This document shows, piece after piece, positions 1 through 6,731 of a stretch of 23,490 nucleotides of DNA. Source of the stretch: a virus (Duplodnaviria > Heunggongvirae > Uroviricota > Caudoviricetes); IMG/VR virus record IMGVR_UViG_2563366807_000007, positions 1 to 23,490 of that record, one strand, 5' to 3'. The translations under genes were made by a program, and so were the position numbers. Position 1 is the first letter of the stretch, and each line of letters starts with the position of its first letter. Under the pieces are notes generated by a model. It made no database searches. It was given only the letters and a program-made list of their open reading frames with translations, and was not told where the DNA came from.

Positions 1-130
1 CAGGGTTTCCCCGTCTCAGTGGGCGGCAATAGGCGTGCTGGGGAGTCTGCTGTTTGGGCTGCTGACATATCTGACTAACCTGTATTTCAAAATCAAAGAG
101 GACCGGCGTAAGGCGGCGCGGGGAGAGTAA
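1..130 (+). CDS. S: Class II holin, S21-type pinholin, C-terminal portion only (5' end lies outside the window)
   Basis: Frame starting at nt 2 translates to [42 protein letters not shown] with stop TAA at 128-130. This is a hydrophobic TM segment followed by a charged tail and closely matches the C-terminus of phage 21 S21 pinholin as I recall it. A SAR endolysin lies downstream, consistent with a pinholin/SAR pair. Confidence 0.75.
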   Translation, partial: RVSPSQWAAIGVLGSLLFGLLTYLTNLYFKIKEDRRKAARGE

Positions 131-131
131 A

Positions 132-746
132 GTGATGAATAAAAAATATGAACTGGTTGTTAAGGGGATAAATAATTACGGGGATAAGGTTACTGTTACT
201 GTGAAGTCGGAAGGTGACGGGCAAGCGTCGCTGTTGTTGCCAGATGTGGCGATTAGTCTTGACCGTACTGAAGGTGCCACGCTGGAGTTTTACGAAGCTG
301 AGGCGAAAAAGCAGGCGAAGCAGTTTTTCATGGATGTTGCTGCCGGGTTATGTGAATGGAACGAACCGTTGCCGGAAAAGCGCCCCGTAATTTTAGAGGC
401 GCAGGATGTGTTGATAACCTACAAAGGAAAGCTACCGGGAAGAATTACTTGTTCTCTGAAGATGCCGCCGTCAACACTGCGGTCAGAAAAAGATGATGTT
501 GAATCACGTATTGAAAAACTGGAGAGCTACGTCGTTGAGCTGAATAAGAAATGGTCGATATTGGTGCCTTCTGGCGATGAAAAGCAGTTTGCTGCGTTTG
601 ACGATTATTGTCGGAAAGTGATGAGCAGAAATCTCGCAGAGTGTTTCAGTATTCATAATGATAATTTCAGTGACCCGGAATGGGAGTGTAACCGGCCATC
701 CTTTGTTGTATCCGGTGATGCGTATTACCGTGAAGGAGATCGGTGA
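132..746 (+). CDS. Hypothetical protein between holin and endolysin; 3' end interrupted by the IS21-family insertion (last few codons and the stop are IS-derived)
   Basis: 204-codon ORF from the track with a GTG/ATG start at 132/135 overlapping the holin stop. No recognisable motif. The left end of the IS (about 731) falls inside the last codons, so the native C-terminus is missing. Confidence 0.5.
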   Translation: MMNKKYELVVKGINNYGDKVTVTVKSEGDGQASLLLPDVAISLDRTEGATLEFYEAEAKKQAKQFFMDVAAGLCEWNEPLPEKRPVILEAQDVLITYKGKLPGRITCSLKMPPSTLRSEKDDVESRIEKLESYVVELNKKWSILVPSGDEKQFAAFDDYCRKVMSRNLAECFSIHNDNFSDPEWECNRPSFVVSGDAYYREGDR

Positions 747-803
747 GTAACATCGATGGAGATCGGTTCGTGTCACTTTCACAGAACCGTTTTTAAATTA
801 CCT

Positions 804-1553
804 TCACTGATCTCCTTCGGTCAACGGAGATTGTATTTTCCGCATTGATTCTCCTTTAAGTTCGATCTTGATACTGCCATGAACCAGTCGATCTAGGATG
901 GCATCCGCATGTGTGGAGTCTCCGATCATTTTGTACCAGTTTTCCACCGGCAACTGGCTCACTACGATGATTGAGCCTCGTTGGTACATCAGATCCACTA
1001 TTTCCAGCAGGTCGCTACGCTGTTCTGATGAGAGAGGTTCCAGCCCCCAGTCATCCAGAAGCAGCAGATCGCTATTATTCAGCCTGGTCAAAAGTTTGCT
1101 GTATCTTCCATCAGCATGCCCCTGATAGCACTGTTCCATCAGCGCTTTAAGGCGATAATAGTAGACCTTGTATCCCTGTCGGCAGGCATTATGACCAAGT
1201 GCACATGCCAGGAACGTTTTACCGCTGCCGGTGGCCCCGGTCAGTAAAATATTTTGTTTCAGGGTTAACCAGTTTCCCTGACTGAGTGAACGGATGAGGG
1301 CCCTGTCCAGCCCTCTATTGTTACGATAATCCAGCTTTGATAACTCAGCATTAAGTCTGAACCGTGCATGTTTGATCAGACGCTCTGCCTTCCTGTTTTC
1401 ACGGCAGGTTAGTTCTTCTGCTGTCAGTAATGACAGGCGTTCTTCGAAGCCCAGCTCCTGGTATGTGCCCGGTTGAGCAAGTTGCTTTTTAAGCGCATCA
1501 CGGAAGCCGGTGAGTTTAAGTGCGGTCAGTTGTTCGTAAAGATGATTCATCAT
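804..1553 (-). CDS. istB: IS21-family helper ATPase IstB
   Basis: 249 aa. Walker A LLTGATGSGKTF and Walker B LLLLDDWG, with the overall IstB/DnaC-like AAA+ layout. Lies immediately downstream of istA on the same strand. Confidence 0.9.
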   Translation of the reverse strand: MMNHLYEQLTALKLTGFRDALKKQLAQPGTYQELGFEERLSLLTAEELTCRENRKAERLIKHARFRLNAELSKLDYRNNRGLDRALIRSLSQGNWLTLKQNILLTGATGSGKTFLACALGHNACRQGYKVYYYRLKALMEQCYQGHADGRYSKLLTRLNNSDLLLLDDWGLEPLSSEQRSDLLEIVDLMYQRGSIIVVSQLPVENWYKMIGDSTHADAILDRLVHGSIKIELKGESMRKIQSPLTEGDQ

Positions 1554-1564
1554 TGGATCCCGTA

Positions 1565-3106
1565 TCAGTGGTAATACTCACTGCCGCGTACGTTTTCGTG
1601 TTCCATCGTGGATAACAGATCTGGTTTTGGATCCTGAACAGGTTGTTTATCCAGACCTTTTTCCAGGATCGATTTAATACCTGACAGACGCCATACCTTT
1701 GTTTTCAGAGCTCTTGCACATGCTGCATTAAGTCTGGCTTTACTGTATTTTTTATGAAGGTTCAGGAGTCCAAGGCAGAAGCGATAGCTTTGTTCCGGAT
1801 GTGGACGAGAGTTCAGTATATGAAGCACATAACTATGAGTTTCACTGCCTATGTGCCCCGCCCATTCCAGAAGACGCTCTGGCGTCCAGGTGGCATGCTG
1901 TCGATGAGCTTCAGGCATGTGCTCGTTGCGGGTACTGTAGCCATAAGTACGCTTGCGCGGGTGCACAGCAACCTCCTGCCCCTGATTGAAGAGTCTTACC
2001 AGTTCTCCGGAGATCCATGCTTCCAGTTGCTGGCCTAACAGCGAACATGGAACCGAGTAGTAATGTTTGTCGATTTCCACGTGGTAATCGGCATGAACTC
2101 TGACTTTCTTCACCAGGGTGTAACTGTAACTGGCTTCAGGAAGAGGCTTCAGTGCGGGTTTATCAAGCTGGATGAAGAGTTCTGCACGTGAATAACCCAA
2201 CTTCTGCATTATTTTGTTATTCAGTCTTTCCAGCAACTCCCGAATGCGCTGATTAAGCGATGCAAGGCTGTAGAAGATCTCATGCCTGATTCGGGCCATG
2301 ATCCAGCGTTCAACAACCTGAACGCCAACTTCAGCTTTGGCTTTATCTTTCGGTTTACGTGGCCGCGCAGGCAAAACTGCGACATTATAATGCTCAAGCA
2401 TCTGCTGGTAGGTAGGGTTAACGTCAGGATCATACTTACATGCCCTGGATGTGGCGCTTTTCAGATTGTCCGGAACAACAAGTTCAGGAACGCCACCCAA
2501 CCACTGGAAGCAGCGAACATGACTCATCACCCAGTCTTCAAGCTGCTGAGACCAGGTGGCCTCTGCCCATGTGTAACTTGATGCCCCGAGAACAGCTACG
2601 ATGACCTGAGCAGTTCTTATTTCTCCGGTCTCAGGGTCGGTAACGCCAACGGTAGGTCCACAGTAATCAACGAAAAGTTTTTCGCCAGCTTTATGTACCT
2701 GACGCATTGATGGTGAAGTGGTTTTGAGCCATTCACGGTACATCCGGCAGTAATGGTTATAGCTGTAAAAACCGCCTGGATTACGCTCACAGTATTCTTC
2801 CCAGAGTAGCTGCAGCGTCACGCATTTATTACGCAGTTCCCGGTGTACTGTAGCCCAGTCAGGCAGAGAGTGCTTCTTCATCTTAACCTGGGTCTGAAGG
2901 AACGCATGTTTTAGTTTTGTATCATCCCATCCTGTAGGTAAGGGCCACTGCTTTATGCCAAGTTGAGCCGCCCGATTAGCATATCTGGATACAACGGAAG
3001 GGGAGATTGCAAGACTACGACCAATTTGTCGATGGCTGAGTCCAACACCGTATTTAAGCCTAAGAATTTCTTTAAGTTTTCTCATAGAAATTGGAACTGT
3101 TGGCAT
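1565..3106 (-). CDS. istA: IS21-family transposase IstA
   Basis: 513 aa. N-terminal helix-turn-helix (LSHRQIGRSLAISPSVVSRYANRA) followed by a large integrase/DDE-type catalytic region. Gene order istA then istB is typical of the IS21 family. Confidence 0.9.
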   Translation of the reverse strand: MPTVPISMRKLKEILRLKYGVGLSHRQIGRSLAISPSVVSRYANRAAQLGIKQWPLPTGWDDTKLKHAFLQTQVKMKKHSLPDWATVHRELRNKCVTLQLLWEEYCERNPGGFYSYNHYCRMYREWLKTTSPSMRQVHKAGEKLFVDYCGPTVGVTDPETGEIRTAQVIVAVLGASSYTWAEATWSQQLEDWVMSHVRCFQWLGGVPELVVPDNLKSATSRACKYDPDVNPTYQQMLEHYNVAVLPARPRKPKDKAKAEVGVQVVERWIMARIRHEIFYSLASLNQRIRELLERLNNKIMQKLGYSRAELFIQLDKPALKPLPEASYSYTLVKKVRVHADYHVEIDKHYYSVPCSLLGQQLEAWISGELVRLFNQGQEVAVHPRKRTYGYSTRNEHMPEAHRQHATWTPERLLEWAGHIGSETHSYVLHILNSRPHPEQSYRFCLGLLNLHKKYSKARLNAACARALKTKVWRLSGIKSILEKGLDKQPVQDPKPDLLSTMEHENVRGSEYYH

Positions 3107-3290
3107 AGGTATCCTTTACCGGAATGGCAAAAGATACAGATCAACACACCTGTGAAGTTCCAATAACATTGATGGAGATCACTGAATAACAAAATGAGTC
3201 AAAAGTGATCTCCATCGATGTTATTCAGCGATCTGTTCAAATGTTATTACCCGATCTCGATGGAAGTTATTGAGTGATCTCCTTTCATGA

Positions 3291-3611
3291 AAATACGCAG
3301 GTGATGCTGGGAAAATAACCATCTCAGAAAATGGGAAAGTAACACCTCCATCGCACCAGCACAGTGAGGAGCTCATTGAATTTGCCATTGATTACCTGAA
3401 GAACAATAAAAAGCAGGGGCTGATGAAGCGCGTTGGCCGTTGCATGGGATATCTTCAGGTAGCCGCTGAGATTGAAGCGCTGGCCAGTGGTGCTGATAAG
3501 GATGCAATTGTGCGGGAGGCTCTTCTTCGTGATTTTAATACTCCACCCTTTAAAAAAGGGCCGGCTTACTGGCTTCATCCGGGGCTGACTTATCTTAAAG
3601 TGCGTATTTAG
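3291..3611 (+). pseudogene. 3' gene fragment to the right of the IS, possibly the C-terminal remainder of the gene at 132..746
   Basis: The frame is open from the IS right flank (KYAGDAGKITISENGK...) to the stop TAG at 3609-3611, with no start codon or RBS at its 5' end. It is in the same frame register (mod 3) as the ORF at 132..746. Alternatively a 62-aa ORF could start at ATG 3423. Confidence 0.35.
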
Positions 3612-3647
3612 TGGGCCAGGGACAGCGGCTGAATATTTAATATATCC

Positions 3648-4181
3648 ATGAACACCAAAATCAAATACGGCCTGTCGGCTGCCGTTCTGGCGCTGATTGC
3701 CGCTGGTGCGCCTGCGCCTGACATTCTCGACCAGTTTCTGGATGAAAAGGAAGGCAACCACACCACGGCATACCGTGATGGTGCAGGTATCTGGACCATC
3801 TGCCGTGGTGCCATCATGGTGGATGGCAAACCTGTCGTTCCGGGCATGAAGTTGTCGAAGGAAAAATGCGACCAGGTTAACGCCATTGAGCGTGATAAAG
3901 CGCTGGCGTGGGTGGAGAAAAACATCAGAGTGCCGCTGACCGAACCCCAGAAAGCGGGGATCGCGTCATTCTGTCCGTACAACATTGGTCCCGGTAAGTG
4001 TTTCCCGTCGACGTTTTACAGACGAATTAATGCTGGTGATCGAAAAGGTGCCTGCGAAGCGATTCGCTGGTGGATTAAGGACGGTGGCAGAGACTGCCGT
4101 ATTCGTTCAAACAACTGTTACGGTCAGGTATCCCGTCGTGACCAGGAGAGCGCGCTGGCGTGCTGGGGTATCGACAGATAA
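3648..4181 (+). CDS. R: SAR endolysin (phage lysozyme, T4/P21 R-type, glycoside hydrolase family 24)
   Basis: 177 aa. N-terminal Gly/Ala-rich weakly hydrophobic signal-anchor-release segment (GLSAAVLALIAAGAPAP). Catalytic spacing E35-8aa-D44-5aa-T50 (EGNHTTAYRDGAGIWT), as in phage 21 R and E. coli prophage RrrD/RrrQ lysozymes. Confidence 0.9.
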   Translation: MNTKIKYGLSAAVLALIAAGAPAPDILDQFLDEKEGNHTTAYRDGAGIWTICRGAIMVDGKPVVPGMKLSKEKCDQVNAIERDKALAWVEKNIRVPLTEPQKAGIASFCPYNIGPGKCFPSTFYRRINAGDRKGACEAIRWWIKDGGRDCRIRSNNCYGQVSRRDQESALACWGIDR

Positions 4182-4337
4182 GCAGAATATTTTGCTGAAA
4201 AATGAGGAATGGCCACGCGGGCGGATAACACGAAATCCTGCGAACTGGCGAAACGTAAGTGAATAAAAGTAAAAACCCCGTTTGTTGGCACCAAGCGAGG
4301 TTTTGTGTTTCTGACCTTGAGTAAGGCAAGGGAGAAC

Positions 4338-4520
4338 ATGGCGAAGTGTAAACGAATTCTGTTGAGGTTGACTATGAAAAATGGCCTTGAACTGAAAGCG
4401 CCTGTAACTGATGACATCAGCAGAGCACTGGCTTTTGCCATTAAGTGGGTGGCGGTCGGTGTTGCTGTGTCCCCGATGCTGTATGGGCTGGCAAAACTGG
4501 TCATTGCGTTGAAATCGTGA
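4338..4520 (+). CDS. Small predicted membrane protein (60 aa), unknown function
   Basis: ATG at 4338 preceded by AGGGAG. Basic N-terminus ([14 protein letters not shown]) and hydrophobic C-terminal helix ([28 protein letters not shown]). Its stop codon overlaps the RBS of the next ORF. Confidence 0.4.
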   Translation: MAKCKRILLRLTMKNGLELKAPVTDDISRALAFAIKWVAVGVAVSPMLYGLAKLVIALKS

Positions 4521-4534
4521 AGGGAGGATTAAGC

Positions 4535-4666
4535 ATGTCAGACAAACTCATAACGCTGGCGAAGATCCTCTGTGTAATTGTCGGCATTTCATTTTCACTA
4601 ATGCTGGTTGCTCTTTTTCTTTCCATGGCCTGGATGATGTTGTCTTCGTCGGGGTTGCTGGGGTGA
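4535..4666 (+). CDS. Small hydrophobic protein (43 aa), unknown function
   Basis: Strong RBS AAGGGAGGA 7 nt upstream of ATG 4535. Sequence [43 protein letters not shown] is almost entirely transmembrane. Its stop TGA (4664-4666) overlaps the possible GTG start of Rz. Confidence 0.4.
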   Translation: MSDKLITLAKILCVIVGISFSLMLVALFLSMAWMMLSSSGLLG

Positions 4667-5136
4667 ACATAAACCGAATGCTTTCCGCGTTTATCGTTAT
4701 TCTGCTGGTGGCCTGTGGTGCGCTGTGGATGGCAACAGACCATTACCGTGATAACGCGATTACCTACAAAGCGCAGCGCGATAACAAAGCCAGTGAACTG
4801 AAGCTGGCGAACGCAACCATTACTGATATGCAGGTGCGCCAGCGCGATGTTGCTGCGCTCGATGCAAAATACTCGAGGGAATTAGCCGATGCGAGAGCTG
4901 AAAATGAAACTCTTCGCGCTGACGTTGCCGCTGGTCGTAAGCGCCTGCGGATCAACGCCACCTGTCCAGGCTCCGTGCGTGAAGCCCCCACCACCTCCGG
5001 CGTGGATAATGCAACCGGCCCCCAACTGGCAGACACCGTTACACGGGATTATTTCACCCTCAGAGAGCGGCTGATGACGATGCACAAGCAACTGGAAGGG
5101 GCACAGGACTATATCCGCACTCAGTGCCTGAAATAA
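4663..5136 (+). CDS. Rz: Rz i-spanin (inner-membrane spanin subunit)
   Basis: N-terminal TM segment then [44 protein letters not shown] and a C-terminal [18 protein letters not shown] region, matching lambda Rz as I recall it. Start is either GTG 4663 or ATG 4678. Confidence 0.9.
   Translation: MNINRMLSAFIVILLVACGALWMATDHYRDNAITYKAQRDNKASELKLANATITDMQVRQRDVAALDAKYSRELADARAENETLRADVAAGRKRLRINATCPGSVREAPTTSGVDNATGPQLADTVTRDYFTLRERLMTMHKQLEGAQDYIRTQCLK
4889..5074 (+). CDS. Rz1: Rz1 o-spanin (outer-membrane lipoprotein), embedded in the +1 frame of Rz
   Basis: Lipoprotein signal with lipobox LVVSAC, followed by the proline-rich stretch [22 protein letters not shown], nearly identical to lambda Rz1. 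Lies wholly within Rz in a different frame; an alternative start is ATG 4904. Confidence 0.8.
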   Translation: MRELKMKLFALTLPLVVSACGSTPPVQAPCVKPPPPPAWIMQPAPNWQTPLHGIISPSESG

Positions 5137-5446
5137 GTTTTGTTGATGCGCCGTATCGTCGCTATATTCCCTCATTAACAGAGACCGCAGCCCGACAGGG
5201 AGACTCCTCTGCGCGAGTGTGCGGGGATAATTAAAAACGATGCACACCGGGTTTTTACCGCGTTAATGATTCGCGGGTTTATCCCGGTGCGATGGTGGAA
5301 GAAACAGGAAGCTGTATTACAGAAAGTGCTACTACTGTATCCCGATGCGATGTATGTAATGTGAGTCAGATAATGGCACAGGATGTGGTGATGTGGCAGT
5401 CTGGAACACAGGATATATTGTCAGAATAAGACCCGTAGGAATAAAA

Positions 5447-5773
5447 ATGAAAAGACGCCTTTTACTACTTTTTCTGTTATCTGTCCTGGCAGTGGGATGC
5501 TCGCAGCAAAAAGCTGATGAGCCCCGGCAATTAGTGACGGTGTATCCACGATATCCGGAATATGCTGCAGCAAATTATATCAAGGGGCTGGTTGAGGTTA
5601 AGTTCGATATTGGTGCTGATGGGACTGTGACACGGATCGTTTTTCTCCGCTCAGAGCCTCATAATTTGTTTCGTGATGAAGTGGTGAAGGCCATGGCGAA
5701 ATGGCGATTTGAAAAGAATCGCCCCTGTCAGGGAGTGAAGAGACAATTTATCTTTACGCCGTCACGTCCTTGA
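5447..5773 (+). CDS. Lipoprotein with a TonB C-terminal-like domain (moron)
   Basis: 108 aa. Signal peptide MKRRLLLLFLLSVLAVGC with lipobox AVGC and Ser at +2. The remainder (YPEYAAANYIKGLVEVKFDIGADGTVTRIVFLRSEPHNLFRDEVVKAMAKWRFEKNRP) aligns motif by motif with the E. coli TonB C-terminal domain ([11 protein letters not shown]..DGRV....[24 protein letters not shown]). Confidence 0.7.
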   Translation: MKRRLLLLFLLSVLAVGCSQQKADEPRQLVTVYPRYPEYAAANYIKGLVEVKFDIGADGTVTRIVFLRSEPHNLFRDEVVKAMAKWRFEKNRPCQGVKRQFIFTPSRP

Positions 5774-5865
5774 TGCTTCCAGGTAGAGAGGGGCTGGACG
5801 CAGGAGAAAAATGAAAGAGCCAGCGGTTATATTTTTGTCATGGCTGACGAGGAATGATGGAAGAA

Positions 5866-5888
5866 GGCGTTGTATGCCACACAACGCC
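5866..5888. terminator. Hairpin (8-bp stem GGCGTTGT/ACAACGCC, 7-nt loop) between convergent genes; possible bidirectional terminator
   Basis: Perfect inverted repeat about 90 nt downstream of the lipoprotein gene and 8 nt downstream of the minus-strand gene stop. A T-rich tract follows on the plus strand (TCACTGTTCATTTCTTCTTTTTCTC). Confidence 0.3.
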
Positions 5889-5895
5889 TCACTGT

Positions 5896-6075
5896 TCATT
5901 TCTTCTTTTTCTCTGGTGGAACCCGATGAATAAGAGTTGCACTGGTTTCCGATGAGATGGCGATATACTCGGGCAAAGTATGCTGGCAGTTTTCCAACTG
6001 GTCAAAAATACCTGCTCTCGTCTGTTGCAATGCCTGCAGCATGCGGCGGCAATGCGCCTTGCTTTTACTAACCAT
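5896..6075 (-). CDS. Small hypothetical protein (59 aa) with a C-terminal lysine tail
   Basis: ATG at 6075-6073 (minus strand) preceded by a strong RBS GAGGAAGG. Sequence MVSKSKAHCRRMLQALQQTRAGIFDQLENCQHTLPEYIAISSETSATLIHRVPPEKKKK. The longer track ORF (to 6249) probably over-extends the 5' end. Confidence 0.45.
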   Translation of the reverse strand: MVSKSKAHCRRMLQALQQTRAGIFDQLENCQHTLPEYIAISSETSATLIHRVPPEKKKK

Positions 6076-6136
6076 CTTTCCTTCCTCTATCAGTCGCTGC
6101 GTGAACTCATCATGTAATACCAGGTAAATGCGGATG

Positions 6137-6388
6137 TTATCGGTTTTGGCTACGCAGCATAGTACAAAACGGACAGGTGCATCCCGGGACGGGGGAGGCG
6201 TCACATGTCCCTGTGATGGTTGTTCCGGGTAATGCACTGTGTGGGGCATAAAAATGTCCGATAATTTTACTTTCTACCGCAGTTAGTTGATTCGTTGGTC
6301 CTGGTAGCACATTGGGCGAGGATTTAAATGCCAGGCAACTGAAGGATGATGTTGCAAGGGAGATAGCGAGAATATTTCTGATTTTCAT
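6137..6388 (-). CDS. Small predicted secreted cysteine-rich protein (83 aa)
   Basis: ATG at 6388-6386 (minus strand) with AGAGG about 9 nt upstream. N-terminal signal-peptide-like segment MKIRNILAISLATSSFSCLA. The mature part carries a Cys cluster (TGTCDASPVPGCTCPFC). Lies in an AT-rich moron region. Confidence 0.45.
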   Translation of the reverse strand: MKIRNILAISLATSSFSCLAFKSSPNVLPGPTNQLTAVESKIIGHFYAPHSALPGTTITGTCDASPVPGCTCPFCTMLRSQNR

Positions 6389-6536
6389 TTGATGATGCCT
6401 CTGTGTGAAATGACGGTAAACGACGCACTTGTGCCGGCACATAATAGCAAGCACCATAATAGATCAGATTCGATTCTTGCTGTAAGTGATAATTATTCTC
6501 GTTTTCGGGTCCTTTCCGTCGATCCAACAGGTTACG

Positions 6537-6548
6537 GGGCGGCGACCT
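6537..6548. other. cosN: cosN: 12-nt cohesive-end sequence GGGCGGCGACCT, matching the lambda cos sequence as recalled
   Basis: Sequence GTTACGGGGCGGCGACCTCGCGGGTTTTCGCTATTTATGAAAATTTTCCGG matches, from memory, the junction of the lambda right and left genome ends. It sits about 185 bp upstream of the terminase small-subunit gene. Confidence 0.8.
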
Positions 6549-6700
6549 CGCGGGTTTTCGCTATTTATGAAAATTTTCCGGGAACCATGTCCGGTTTCTC
6601 TTCAAGTTAACTATATGAAAAATAAAAAAAGAGGTCTTCTGTGAACCGGACATGCACAAAAAATAGACATGTAAGCCGGACATGACCGGTTTTGTTGTGA
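6549..6700 (+). promoter_or_regulatory. cosB: cosB-like terminase binding region: three copies of CCGGACATG (one inverted) flanking an AT-rich putative IHF site
   Basis: CATGTCCGG at 6586-6594 (inverted), CCGGACATG at 6646-6654 and 6676-6684, with an AT-rich segment (TTAACTATATGAAAAATAAAAAAAG) between the first and second. This mirrors the lambda R3-I1-R2-R1 arrangement. Confidence 0.6.
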
Positions 6701-6731
6701 TTGTGAAGTGAGAGTTTTTGCGAGGTGAGGA

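Larger units (their letters stand above)
731..3287 (-). mobile_element. IS21-family insertion sequence (istA-istB), about 2.56 kb; boundaries approximate (+/- 10 bp)
   Basis: Two minus-strand genes encoding an IstA-like transposase and an IstB-like ATPase, 11 nt apart. Termini begin TGAAGGAGATC and end GATCTCCTTTCA (5'-TG...CA-3', imperfect inverted repeat). Multiple copies of the motif CATCGATGGAGATC or its complement lie near both ends (about 751-764, 3167-3180, 3206-3219, plus partial copies at 809-815, 3252-3263, 3276-3282), as expected for the multiple terminal repeats of IS21-type elements. Confidence 0.85.

Noticed and set aside
3324-3761. Minus-strand 145-codon ORF overlapping the gene fragment and the start of the endolysin
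   Set aside because: It is antisense to two better-supported plus-strand features and has no RBS or recognisable motifs.
4261-4310. Terminator-like sequence after the endolysin (AAAACCCCGTTTGTTGGCACCAAGCGAGGTTTTGTGTTT)
   Set aside because: Only about 4 bp of clean stem can be drawn (TTGG/CCAA), despite a U-rich tail. Too weak to call.
6389-6610. Plus-strand 73-codon ORF spanning the cos region
   Set aside because: It runs straight across cosN and the first terminase-binding repeat, starts with TTG, and its translation is low complexity. Its existence as an ORF is best explained by the cos sequence itself.
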